Notes under the pieces: generated by a model
Database searches by the model: none
What the model was told of the DNA's origin: nothing
The model's input: the letters and a program-made list of their open reading frames with translations, nothing else
Program-made: the position numbers and the translations under genes
Source of the DNA: a virus
Reading direction: 5' to 3' (one strand)
Length of the DNA stretch: 64,000 nucleotides
Virus record (IMG/VR): IMGVR_UViG_3300031521_000033
Coordinates: 30,210-94,209 of that record
Shown here: piece after piece, positions 1-8,688 of the stretch
How positions within the stretch are numbered: position 1 is the stretch's first letter
Layout of the letters: each line of letters starts with the position of its first letter

Positions 1-316
1 GACATTCTTCAATAATATATACTTTCTTTTTATAATTTAATGGTTTTGTCATTGCATCTTCCACTAATTCTCGCATTGCATCGGCTGATCCGTTATTGGT
101 TGCATCTACAATAATGTATGAATTATCTGTTTGATTGATCTCTTTTGCAAGGATGAATCCTATTGTTGATTTTCCTTGTCCTGCCCCTCCAACAAATAAA
201 TAACATCCGGCTACTTTGTCCTGTTCCAGTTGTGCTTTTAATATGGCTTTTGTCAAGTCCTGTTCAACCACATCATCTAAATTATTTGGTCTATATTTTT
301 GAGCTAAACTAATCAT
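1..316 (-). CDS. dnaX: DNA polymerase III gamma/tau-like clamp loader subunit (N-terminal part, runs off window)
   Basis: Not in ORF track; manual translation from ATG at 316: MISLAQKYRPNNLDDVVEQD...YLFVGGAGQGKST...KVYIIEEC (KYRP motif, Walker A, Walker B-like); ATGA overlap with upstream ORF. Confidence 0.85.
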   Translation of the reverse strand, partial: MISLAQKYRPNNLDDVVEQDLTKAILKAQLEQDKVAGCYLFVGGAGQGKSTIGFILAKEINQTDNSYIIVDATNNGSADAMRELVEDAMTKPLNYKKKVYIIEEC

Positions 317-504
317 AAAAATGCCTTCCAATCATCCCCGCTGTTAATATCCCAAGTATATGGCGTACTATCATTAAGCATACAATTACCCGAAGGTGTA
401 GATATCGGGCAAGTTTTACACCCTATATGTTTAACAGAGCAATTCATACACTCATCTTTTATGACTTGGACTGCTTTAATAATTTCTTCGCTTGTATGAA
501 CCAT
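313..504 (-). CDS. small Cys-rich hypothetical protein
   Basis: ORF with several Cys (C..CKTCP..C); resembles 3922..4101. Confidence 0.6.
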   Translation of the reverse strand: MVHTSEEIIKAVQVIKDECMNCSVKHIGCKTCPISTPSGNCMLNDSTPYTWDINSGDDWKAFL

Positions 505-938
505 TATACAATCACCCCATTGTTTACTTTTTTGATATATTCATCAATTTGTTCCTTTGTAATTCTGTCAGTTCTAAAGCAATTACCAAGTTTGCGTTTC
601 ATTAAATCAAAGTCACACTCTTTATCAAACTCGTCATCAAAAACACACCTATCATCTGTGTTGATAAAATAAAATTTATCCCCCTGCATTGCCCAAAATG
701 GCTCTTGTAATTTTTTTACAATTTCATATTTACCTGACATGATGTCTGCAACACAAAACGTAGGACTATTTTTCCAAACATCTATCTCTTGGTTATCATC
801 AGTTACCTGTATAATATTTCCGCTAATAACTCTACATTTTCCATACATCGTTGTATTATCTGATTTTTTCCTTAATTTAAACTCTTCATAATATGAAATA
901 TCTAATTCACTTTGTGTATATACTATAACCTTATTCAT
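504..938 (-). CDS. hypothetical protein, paralog of 4101..4553
   Basis: GGAGG RBS; shared PFWA..(F/Y)IN..R..LGNCF(R/K)T..IT.EQI motif. Confidence 0.7.
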   Translation of the reverse strand: MNKVIVYTQSELDISYYEEFKLRKKSDNTTMYGKCRVISGNIIQVTDDNQEIDVWKNSPTFCVADIMSGKYEIVKKLQEPFWAMQGDKFYFINTDDRCVFDDEFDKECDFDLMKRKLGNCFRTDRITKEQIDEYIKKVNNGVIV

Positions 939-960
939 TTTTATTTACCCTCCAAATATA

Positions 961-1074
961 TTATAATTTTTTTGTGTGATGCTCTGTTTTTGGTAATGGT
1001 TGTGTAACCTCTGCTGTGATCTTACTTAAAAATATTAAAAACAAGATAATTACAATGGTTAAAATCCATATCAT
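961..1074 (-). CDS. small single-TM membrane protein (37 aa)
   Basis: Manual translation MIWILTIVIILFLIFLSKITAEV...; ATGA-coupled to upstream ORF. Confidence 0.5.
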   Translation of the reverse strand: MIWILTIVIILFLIFLSKITAEVTQPLPKTEHHTKKL

Positions 1075-1319
1075 AATACTACTTCAATTCCACCAATAAC
1101 ATTACCTGATCTATCATATACTGTAAACTCTTCTTGGTTCCACGGTTGCAAGTCCGCATAATATCTTCTCATTTGTTTAATATTGTTGAATGATACAATA
1201 TAAAGCCAATCACTGCTATTGTATCTTAAATACACCACAAAATTAGGTTTATGTTTTGCTGTTTCGTTGTATGTTGTAACTCCACGATATACCCCTATTC
1301 CCTTTTCCCACCAAGTCAT
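1071..1319 (-). CDS. hypothetical protein, first gene after promoter
   Basis: AAAGGGG RBS directly downstream of consensus promoter. Confidence 0.65.
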   Translation of the reverse strand: MTWWEKGIGVYRGVTTYNETAKHKPNFVVYLRYNSSDWLYIVSFNNIKQMRRYYADLQPWNQEEFTVYDRSGNVIGGIEVVL

Positions 1320-1348
1320 GTTAACAATCCCCTTTCTTCAATATATTC

Positions 1349-1377
1349 ATTATATTATTTATAACGAAGGAAGTCAA
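1349..1377 (-). promoter_or_regulatory. sigma-A/70 promoter TTGACT-17-TATAAT inside an inverted repeat
   Basis: Minus strand TTGACT tccttcgttataaataa TATAAT. Confidence 0.8.
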
Positions 1378-1543
1378 GGCTTTTATTTGCCTTTACCAAT
1401 TCACCATGAATTTCATGTAATATGCACATAATAAAGCCGCTTGCACAAAATAAAAGTGGTAAATATGTTATTCCCGAATCTGTGCGATACCCCGTTACTA
1501 AATACACGATTGTCAGAAGTGTTAGTTCTACAAATAATTTCAT
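1355..1543 (-). CDS. small membrane protein
   Basis: Two hydrophobic segments; ATGA coupling. Confidence 0.55.
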   Translation of the reverse strand: MKLFVELTLLTIVYLVTGYRTDSGITYLPLLFCASGFIMCILHEIHGELVKANKSLDFLRYK

Positions 1544-1731
1544 AATGTACCGTCCTCTACATATTTAATAAGATGTTTTACGAGTTTGCCCATTTCATTT
1601 AATTGGCCTACTAGCATATCCAGATTGTGATTCATTGGAAATACATATTGAACAAAATTAGTTGTATTTGTGATGCCCTCCTGTAACTGATCTAAATATT
1701 CTTTATTGTTCATTAGCTTCCACCAACTCAT
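1540..1731 (-). CDS. hypothetical protein
   Basis: ORF in tightly packed minus-strand operon. Confidence 0.55.
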   Translation of the reverse strand: MSWWKLMNNKEYLDQLQEGITNTTNFVQYVFPMNHNLDMLVGQLNEMGKLVKHLIKYVEDGTL

Positions 1732-2209
1732 AGGTTACTTTCATTATCATTGGACTGCCCAACGTGTAGATATCAAGATTTTCAACCCTATCAGGGAACT
1801 TTTTTAAATGCATAATAGCTTCCTGTTCCGTGAATACAAGTGAACTAGTTTCAGTATTACATTGATATGTTCCTTTAATTGTATTAATCATCACATACTG
1901 CTTGTCGGTATTTATAGGCTCTTCCTTTTCTATAAAATCACACATACTAAGTTCTTCTACATCTGGTGAATTAATGATTCCATATGTTTGATATGATAAG
2001 CTACCACCATCTTTTGCCCGGAAAATAGCATAATTAATTGTTCGGTCATCCCAAACATTGGCACTATCTCTCGGTATTCTCCACTTAATACCCAAAGATG
2101 CATAATATGACATCAGTTTATAAAATACATCCGGTGTTGATACATGTAATGCAATTAATCCTTTTAATGCTCTATCTAATCTAGTTTTTGAAAATTCTCC
2201 TAGTGTCAT
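1703..2209 (-). CDS. hypothetical protein
   Basis: ORF with GGAGG RBS, ATGA-coupled. Confidence 0.65.
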   Translation of the reverse strand: MTLGEFSKTRLDRALKGLIALHVSTPDVFYKLMSYYASLGIKWRIPRDSANVWDDRTINYAIFRAKDGGSLSYQTYGIINSPDVEELSMCDFIEKEEPINTDKQYVMINTIKGTYQCNTETSSLVFTEQEAIMHLKKFPDRVENLDIYTLGSPMIMKVTYELVEANEQ

Positions 2210-2553
2210 GGTTCTTCCTCCTCTAATTTATCAATTAATAATTTAAATAGTGTGCTATCAATAATATAATGAATAGGTTCTTTTGGCCCAAAATTAAATG
2301 CAATTGCGCTATAATATTTATTCATTCCTATCATTTCTTGATTCAACGTTGAAAACCATTCTTTTTTAATGCTGATTGAATTTGAACTTGTCATTTTTGT
2401 TTTGGCTTCAATGATAAATTTATCTGTTAAAATATCACCCTTTGAGAATGGTGTTGCACCTGAATTACTTGTACATTTTGCATTGGTTAATGATTTTGCA
2501 ATGCTGTTTTCTTGTTTCTTACTGAAAAATCGTGTTGTTCCAACTTTTGCCAT
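2206..2553 (-). CDS. PD-(D/E)xK nuclease, Holliday junction resolvase-like
   Basis: QE..IA...NSGA...KGD...IIEAKT motif. Confidence 0.7.
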   Translation of the reverse strand: MAKVGTTRFFSKKQENSIAKSLTNAKCTSNSGATPFSKGDILTDKFIIEAKTKMTSSNSISIKKEWFSTLNQEMIGMNKYYSAIAFNFGPKEPIHYIIDSTLFKLLIDKLEEEEP

Positions 2554-2768
2554 TATACCATTAACTCCCTTACAAGAATATCATTTTGACAACTTGAGCA
2601 AAGTCCCCTTAATCTAAATCCACTATAATCACACTGTGTCATGTATAACACATTCCAACCGTTTGATTCAAAAAATTTGGTTGCTCTAGCTACATCTACC
2701 ATACCCTTTGTATTTGTGCATAGCAGATCACCACATTCAGTACATGTAATTGTATAATTATGAGTCAT
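2553..2768 (-). CDS. zinc-ribbon hypothetical protein
   Basis: CTEC ... CSSC. Confidence 0.55.
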   Translation of the reverse strand: MTHNYTITCTECGDLLCTNTKGMVDVARATKFFESNGWNVLYMTQCDYSGFRLRGLCSSCQNDILVRELMV

Positions 2769-3130
2769 TGCTCTGCCACGCTGTAGCTATCTGGATGGTA
2801 TTGTAAGGCCATTTCAATTCTACCCCCAGTTAAGTTATTTCCTTCTTCATCTTCAATATAATGATAAAGTCGATATTCCCAACCACATGTACAATATGCT
2901 GAACCATGCTGCAGTCCCCAACTGTAATCGTTCCCCCCACATAATAAACAAGTATGTGGCTTATCTAACTTCACAAATCTGTTCATGTACTTATCAATAA
3001 TATTAATCTGTGCTGCTGTTGGATTGATTCTACGACTTTTAATTAATGGTTCAATATCATAATAAGACATTCTGGTAAATTCCTGTTTCTGTAGTTCCAC
3101 CAATCTTTCAATAATTTCTTCTTTATTCAT
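2765..3130 (-). CDS. hypothetical protein with Cys pairs
   Basis: CLLC ... CTC; RBS present. Confidence 0.6.
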   Translation of the reverse strand: MNKEEIIERLVELQKQEFTRMSYYDIEPLIKSRRINPTAAQINIIDKYMNRFVKLDKPHTCLLCGGNDYSWGLQHGSAYCTCGWEYRLYHYIEDEEGNNLTGGRIEMALQYHPDSYSVAEQ

Positions 3131-3144
3131 TTTTCATTATCCCC

Positions 3145-3303
3145 TTATAATATATTTGATAGTAAAATTAATATTCCTGTAACTGTGATTGTGTATGCAA
3201 TCCCTGCTGCATTTCCTAAACTTACAAACACTTCTATAATACTGAATGCAATTATACCTGCGACAAATGATCCTAATACCATTAAAAATAATCCTCCTGC
3301 CAT
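3145..3303 (-). CDS. small two-TM membrane protein (52 aa)
   Basis: Manual translation MAGGLFLMVLGSFVAGIIAFSIIEVFVSLGNAAGIAYTITVTGILILLSNIL; AAGGTGG RBS. Confidence 0.6.
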   Translation of the reverse strand: MAGGLFLMVLGSFVAGIIAFSIIEVFVSLGNAAGIAYTITVTGILILLSNIL

Positions 3304-3390
3304 TACCACCTTCTTTCAGCTCCCTTCATTTATTTTATTGAATTAGAAAATATCTCATATTGTTTCCTCCTAAATATTCCCTGTATAATT

Positions 3391-3419
3391 ACTATACTAC
3401 TATTTTGATTAATTGTCAA
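3391..3419 (-). promoter_or_regulatory. sigma-A promoter TTGACA-17-TATAGT
   Basis: Direct sequence; followed by AGGAGG RBS. Confidence 0.75.
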
Positions 3420-3732
3420 GTGCTATTCCTAAATAATTACAAAGATGATATGCTTTACTTATCAGTGCATCGTCGTATTGCAAATTTGCACCACTGTCAC
3501 CTTTCCAATCTTTAAACATTTCATAAAACCTTACCGCCTTACTCTCATTTGGATAATCTATTTGCATTTTTGCCAATTCATGTGCTATTTCTGACCATCT
3601 TGCATCAGATATAATATTTACGTTCTTTTCGTAGTATAAATAACTGTGAAGTAAAATAGATAATCTCATTTGTTTAATCTTTGCCGCTATTGTTTCATCT
3701 AATGTTGAGGGCTTTTTTACTGAGAACAGCAT
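3409..3732 (-). CDS. stand-alone NAD-dependent DNA ligase subdomain Ia-like protein
   Basis: HSYLYYEKNVNIISDARWSEIAHEL resembles LigA Ia motif H..YY....P.ISD.EYD....EL; no KxDG ligase core. Confidence 0.65.
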   Translation of the reverse strand: MLFSVKKPSTLDETIAAKIKQMRLSILLHSYLYYEKNVNIISDARWSEIAHELAKMQIDYPNESKAVRFYEMFKDWKGDSGANLQYDDALISKAYHLCNYLGIALDN

Positions 3733-3733
3733 T

Positions 3734-3925
3734 TTAAAATACTTGCTTCCAATATAATACTACTGCACCCGGATTCCCGTCTTGAGCTAATTTTTCCCTT
3801 ATTTCCCTTAAGAATTTTTCCGGTTCTGTTACTGCACTATACTCAACTGTAGTTGCAATAAAATTACCAAATATGGCCCCTTGCAGATGATCATAACATG
3901 TAAAACTTACAAAATATTTATTCAT
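3734..3925 (-). CDS. hypothetical protein
   Basis: GGGAGG RBS. Confidence 0.6.
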   Translation of the reverse strand: MNKYFVSFTCYDHLQGAIFGNFIATTVEYSAVTEPEKFLREIREKLAQDGNPGAVVLYWKQVF

Positions 3926-4101
3926 TTTTTATCCTCCCATTGGTCTCTAGTTTTAATATAATCTATTACTACATCAATATCAGATTCAAACCGTACTATT
4001 ACGCACGTATTAGGTTCTTCAAATGGGCAGCTATCACATATCTTTGTTATGCAAAGTTCATGTACTGCCTGTTTTGCTCTTAATAAATCATCTACTGTCA
4101 T
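3922..4101 (-). CDS. small Cys-rich protein, paralog of 313..504
   Basis: Manual translation MTVDDLLRAKQAVHELCITKICDSCPFEEPNTC... Confidence 0.55.
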   Translation of the reverse strand: MTVDDLLRAKQAVHELCITKICDSCPFEEPNTCVIVRFESDIDVVIDYIKTRDQWEDKK

Positions 4102-4553
4102 TATACTGTATCCTCATGTTTCTTTGCTTCTTTTACTATATATAATGTATAATCTTCCCTGTTAACTGCTTCTATAAATTTACCAATTTGTTCTGGTGTG
4201 ATTTGTCTTGTTTTAAAACAATTACCCAATCTTCGTCTTACAACATCCCCAAAAGTACCAGTCCATGTTGTACTGCATATTGTCCTATCTGCCATATTGA
4301 TGTAAAAATAGCCCTCATCTTCTTTTGCCCAAAAGGGCTTCTGGTCAATTACAATATCCCATCCACCCGTAATAAATCTACTTGCATCCGCAATATCTGA
4401 TAATGTCCAGCACCCGCTCCCATTCTGCTCAATTTCATTTTTATCATTGAATCGGTAATAATTATTTAACAAAACATTTAAATCTGTCTTAATTCTAAAT
4501 GTATCATATGGATTAATATTTTCCCACATTCTGCTCATTTCTAATTTAATCAT
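4101..4553 (-). CDS. hypothetical protein, paralog of 504..938
   Basis: Shared LGNCF motif region. Confidence 0.7.
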   Translation of the reverse strand: MIKLEMSRMWENINPYDTFRIKTDLNVLLNNYYRFNDKNEIEQNGSGCWTLSDIADASRFITGGWDIVIDQKPFWAKEDEGYFYINMADRTICSTTWTGTFGDVVRRRLGNCFKTRQITPEQIGKFIEAVNREDYTLYIVKEAKKHEDTV

Positions 4554-4819
4554 TGTAATACTCCCTTTTTATAAATATTTGATTTACCATTTACAATTAA
4601 TTCTAAATTATTGTGCTTTGCTATTTTTAATGCACCCGACCATAATTCTATAATATCAATTTCCCTTACTTCTGACAGGTGGTGCGTTTCTCCCTTATAT
4701 CTATAATGTATTTCTGTTTCCCGGTAGTCTTTACCATTTTTACTGTAGTATGTGACTGCTGTTGTTGCGTTATTGTACGGTGTGATGCTGTAACCTAATA
4801 TCATTCTGTTTCCTCCCAA
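4550..4819 (-). CDS. hypothetical protein
   Basis: ORF in operon; true start probably the second Met. Confidence 0.55.
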   Translation of the reverse strand: MGGNRMILGYSITPYNNATTAVTYYSKNGKDYRETEIHYRYKGETHHLSEVREIDIIELWSGALKIAKHNNLELIVNGKSNIYKKGVLQ

Positions 4820-5046
4820 TTCATTGCAGATATTAGCAAATCATGCTGTGCGCTTGTTAAGGCTCCCATTTTTAATAGGTACTCATTTGGTGTGTGCATA
4901 AATTCCCATGTATTATCATTATTTATTACAATTACCATCATTGCTTTTGGAAATTCTTTTCCTTTTCTTACTGCATAATCCACAACTGCTTTTGTGGTTC
5001 CAGCTTTTCCAATATATGCTATTTTTTCTTGGTTATGTGCTCCCAT
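4801..5046 (-). CDS. hypothetical protein
   Basis: ORF in operon. Confidence 0.55.
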   Translation of the reverse strand: MGAHNQEKIAYIGKAGTTKAVVDYAVRKGKEFPKAMMVIVINNDNTWEFMHTPNEYLLKMGALTSAQHDLLISAMNWEETE

Positions 5047-5408
5047 TATAGCCCCATCCCCACTCCGTCATAAACTTGTGCAGCGTGTGTATCACTAAGT
5101 AAATTTAGTAAGATTAATAATTGTTCTTCATTCAGTGTATAAATATTGTCCCCAAATGTGTATTGGGCCGGTAAATCTCCTCCGTATGTTCGAAGCATTC
5201 CCCCATATAATAAATTATCATACACAAATGTCCAATATTTACTATGTGATACTTCCAGTGGATCTGTCTTATTAATTTCTTTGTATATTTCATGTTTCAG
5301 TAGATCTTTATATGAGGTTGATTTTAATATTCGTAATTCGTTTGCATGCCGTGTGTTCAATTCACCATATAACATACTCATAAGTTCTCTTTCATCTTTT
5401 ATCATCAT
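5046..5408 (-). CDS. hypothetical protein, first gene after promoter
   Basis: GAGGAGG RBS. Confidence 0.65.
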   Translation of the reverse strand: MMIKDERELMSMLYGELNTRHANELRILKSTSYKDLLKHEIYKEINKTDPLEVSHSKYWTFVYDNLLYGGMLRTYGGDLPAQYTFGDNIYTLNEEQLLILLNLLSDTHAAQVYDGVGMGL

Positions 5409-5429
5409 TATTTCCTCCTCTTTATATTT

Positions 5430-5458
5430 ATAATAGCATACCTAAAATACATTGTCAA
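5430..5458 (-). promoter_or_regulatory. sigma-A promoter TTGACA-17-TATTAT (extended -10 TG)
   Basis: Direct sequence. Confidence 0.75.
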
Positions 5459-5469
5459 CATTTTTGTAC

Positions 5470-5501
5470 AAAAAAAAAGAGAAAGACTTTTAATCTTCCT
5501 C
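5470..5501 (-). terminator. intrinsic terminator after recA
   Basis: GAGGAAGAT-taaaa-GTCTTTCTC stem followed by T9. Confidence 0.75.
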
Positions 5502-6621
5502 ATTTGATGATTATTTCATTAAGTCCCTCATATAAATCGTTGAAAAATTCAGGATTATCTTTGAAATATTGGACTACATTTGCCTTACCTTGAATTTTAA
5601 GTGGTTTATCCGTTTCATCCTTATATGTTTCACCATTGAAAACAAAGGTATAATATCCTTGCCCTTCTATAAGCCCCATTAATAGCCCTTGTGTAAATGT
5701 GTCATCATACACATCAATACCCGTTTTATATTTTAAGGTATATTTGGCAAGTCTTCTATCTGGCATTGTAACTTTATTCTTAATTACGCTAACCTCTACC
5801 ATATTACCTGCTACATTTTCGGCTGCGTTTGTTAATTCTTTACCAACTTCATCAATAAATCTTCCTTTGTTAAACCTAATACGATATGAGCATAAGAATT
5901 TCCACGCCTTACCACCAACTGTTTTCTTTGCCCCACATGGACTATTCATCACATCACGTTCCTGATTAATTCCAATAAACAGCACATTATTTTTGGCAAT
6001 TTTCTGTGTCATATCTTTTCCAAATCTAGTTAAAGCACTTGAAATTCCAGCCATTGTTTTCTCTTCAACTGTTTTATCCATTTCCTGTTGGCTCAATAGT
6101 ACTCCAATTGAATCTAATACCGCAAGACCAATTCCACCTGAATCTGTAATATCTTCAATCATATGAAATATTTCTTCCGCAGATTGGTTATCAGGTTGTA
6201 TGATAATTAATTCATCAACATTGACACCAAGTTTTTTTGCCCACTTAATATCTAATGTCCACTCAGCATCAACGAATAATACTTTTTGTGGGCCATCTGC
6301 CTGTAAGTCATTTAATCTCGCATCTTGGGTTTTATTTCGTTTTTCCATAGCTTCTAATTCTGCAATTTCATCTAACCACTCTTGCTTAAATAGTTTTTGT
6401 GCATTCCCCACAATATCAAGTGTGGTGCTTGTTTTTCCACCCGACTCAATTCCGTAAAATTCTACCAATCTTCCTCTTGGCAGTCCACCGCGTGTTAAAT
6501 AATTCATACAAGGTGAGCTAAATGGTATCTTTTTGTATGTATGCTCTATCATACCTGTATTTGCAATTTTACTCTTGAACTTTGTATTGATACTTTTTAA
6601 TACTAAATCCAAATTTCCCAT
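5500..6621 (-). CDS. recA: RecA/UvsX-like recombinase
   Basis: GGLPRGRLVEFYGIESGGKT Walker A, FVDAE, VLDSI, INQER, GGKAWKF, KNKV motifs. Confidence 0.93.
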   Translation of the reverse strand: MGNLDLVLKSINTKFKSKIANTGMIEHTYKKIPFSSPCMNYLTRGGLPRGRLVEFYGIESGGKTSTTLDIVGNAQKLFKQEWLDEIAELEAMEKRNKTQDARLNDLQADGPQKVLFVDAEWTLDIKWAKKLGVNVDELIIIQPDNQSAEEIFHMIEDITDSGGIGLAVLDSIGVLLSQQEMDKTVEEKTMAGISSALTRFGKDMTQKIAKNNVLFIGINQERDVMNSPCGAKKTVGGKAWKFLCSYRIRFNKGRFIDEVGKELTNAAENVAGNMVEVSVIKNKVTMPDRRLAKYTLKYKTGIDVYDDTFTQGLLMGLIEGQGYYTFVFNGETYKDETDKPLKIQGKANVVQYFKDNPEFFNDLYEGLNEIIIK

Positions 6622-6684
6622 TTAATTCCTCCTACCCCAATAATCAAACCAGTACTCAATTCAAAAATTTGTAACCAGTCCATA

Positions 6685-7173
6685 TTATTTCCTCCCGTCT
6701 TTCATGCTTAACACCATTTGCTGTATTCTCCCTGTTAACACCTTACGGCAGCTGTCATTGATGCGCTCCGCGTTTGCAATCTTACTTTTGATAATCTTAT
6801 ATGCCCGGCTGTAAATAGCCTCTACAATCTGCTCCTGCTGCGTTTCACTACGTGCTTGTGAAGTCTTAGCCGCTACTGTTCCTTCAATCCGATTAAATAT
6901 ATCATCATACTTATTTTGCTTTACTGAGTCGGCAATATCTTCCCTGATACCAACCCTTTCAAGTTCGGCTGATACGAAGTATAATAATGTTGCAACTGAC
7001 AAGGTTACATCTTCCAATTCCCTGTCCGATATTGGCTGAGTTTCATATTGATCAAGGATGGTCTTAACATAATGAATATAGGTATCAAGTTCACTGGCAA
7101 CTTTGTTTACTTCTATTGTTACTAATTCATCTATGATTTGCGATTGCTTTTCAACTTCTGTTTGCATTTTCAT
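6685..7173 (-). CDS. helical protein, possible UvsY-like recombination mediator
   Basis: All-helical composition, directly upstream of recA; function inferred. Confidence 0.4.
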   Translation of the reverse strand: MKMQTEVEKQSQIIDELVTIEVNKVASELDTYIHYVKTILDQYETQPISDRELEDVTLSVATLLYFVSAELERVGIREDIADSVKQNKYDDIFNRIEGTVAAKTSQARSETQQEQIVEAIYSRAYKIIKSKIANAERINDSCRKVLTGRIQQMVLSMKDGRK

Positions 7174-7411
7174 ACACCACTTCCCTTGCTTCTGCAATTA
7201 CACGAATCAAACCACAATATACTGAACAAGCACCTTTATAATCACCTGCATAAACTACTGTCATAAGAGGTTCATAATGATCTACTTTTACTCTAAATAA
7301 TTTGTCATCTATTCCATCCTGTCCTATGGATACTCTTAAAATATCATCCGTAAATATGCTCACAGGGTAGACACCTGAATCATCCGATCCAAAATCAATT
7401 AATCTATTCAT
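7151..7411 (-). CDS. hypothetical protein
   Basis: ORF in operon. Confidence 0.55.
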   Translation of the reverse strand: MNRLIDFGSDDSGVYPVSIFTDDILRVSIGQDGIDDKLFRVKVDHYEPLMTVVYAGDYKGACSVYCGLIRVIAEAREVVYENANRS

Positions 7412-7607
7412 TGAAATTACCTACCATTTCTTCAATATTGCAACCAAGTACTTCTTCATCACAACACGGGCAGATATAAAAACAATCAATACCATTTTCC
7501 TCAATTGGGTAGTATTCTTCCACAAACCATCTACTTGTAGTATCGTTCCATTCTTCTCTTGTGCTTATAACACCACATTCTGGACATTTATACATTGTAA
7601 CTTCCAT
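7404..7607 (-). CDS. zinc-ribbon protein
   Basis: YKCPECG ... CPCC; start reassigned to MEVTMY after GGAGG RBS. Confidence 0.55.
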   Translation of the reverse strand: MEVTMYKCPECGVISTREEWNDTTSRWFVEEYYPIEENGIDCFYICPCCDEEVLGCNIEEMVGNFNE

Positions 7608-7608
7608 T

Positions 7609-7866
7609 TTATTTTTCCTCCTCTTTCTTATTATATGAAAGTTGGTATGAACCGCCTGTAAAATAAAGTAATGCATTTCCTTTGTCATCTGTACATACAA
7701 AATTAGTCCCATACTCATCTGAGGTATCCCGTATTTCTGCTATAACTCCACCTATGTCACCATGTCCCATAATAACATTTTCGCCAACTTCCCAACTCAC
7801 AGAACCACCTTCATCTCCATTTAACACTAATATACTAGCAATTTCACCATACTGTATGTTTTTCAT
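7609..7866 (-). CDS. hypothetical protein
   Basis: AAGGAG RBS. Confidence 0.6.
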   Translation of the reverse strand: MKNIQYGEIASILVLNGDEGGSVSWEVGENVIMGHGDIGGVIAEIRDTSDEYGTNFVCTDDKGNALLYFTGGSYQLSYNKKEEEK

Positions 7867-7884
7867 TTTTATATCTCCTTTATA

Positions 7885-8688
7885 TTATACTTTGTACCCA
7901 TTTTTAACTATATCATAAAAATCATTATCTGTAAAGACTTTCATTCCCCATTTTTCTTTTACCCCACTTAATTCAACAAAATGTGTTCCCGGGATTAGTG
8001 GTCTGTAGCCGCTTGACTTGCCATAATCAGGGTAGATTTGATAACTTCCTGCAAATATATCATATACAGTTTTTACAATTGGTTTTTTATTCGTTCTGTT
8101 GTGATCAATTATAATTTTTGGAATTACTTTGTTTAAATGGAAATGTTCTCTAAATACTAAATCTGCATGAAGATATTCAAAATAGTTTTCTTGTTTGCTG
8201 CCTTTGTGAATAACCCCACCAACATAGCAGTTTTTATTTACATTGATATAAAATAAGCACATACTTCCCATATACAATTTGGGATTACCAAGAAGTGTTG
8301 CAATAATCATTTCGGTATTGATGAATGTTTCATCTTGTACCCGTTTTGGATGGTTACCTGAGCATATGCCAATTAATCTTCCGGCTTCATACAGAGGTTT
8401 CATATCCTCAACAATTGCATATAACTGCTTATCGCCAGATAACTTTTCCTCTAATACATTACCTTTGGAATTTCGCGTAATTGTGTTTGTTGAGTCCCCG
8501 CCTAGGATAACATATACATTTGGTACTGTTAATATAAATTCAACGGTTTTCTGCAAACTGGTACGATCATTTAATCCCGTATGTACATCACTAAGCACGA
8601 CTAGATATGCTTTATCAGCCTCAACTCTATGCCGGATAATATGACCCATTAATTCCTTTTCAAGTAATTTCTCTTTTTCAATAAGCAT
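7885..8688 (-). CDS. calcineurin-like metallophosphoesterase
   Basis: SDVH, GGD, GNH, H, HFH motifs. Confidence 0.85.
   Translation of the reverse strand: MLIEKEKLLEKELMGHIIRHRVEADKAYLVVLSDVHTGLNDRTSLQKTVEFILTVPNVYVILGGDSTNTITRNSKGNVLEEKLSGDKQLYAIVEDMKPLYEAGRLIGICSGNHPKRVQDETFINTEMIIATLLGNPKLYMGSMCLFYINVNKNCYVGGVIHKGSKQENYFEYLHADLVFREHFHLNKVIPKIIIDHNRTNKKPIVKTVYDIFAGSYQIYPDYGKSSGYRPLIPGTHFVELSGVKEKWGMKVFTDNDFYDIVKNGYKV

Noticed and set aside
7866-7915. TATAAT upstream of 7609..7866 as an additional promoter
   Set aside because: No acceptable -35 at 17 bp and no extended -10; the hexamer overlaps the upstream stop codon in AT-rich sequence
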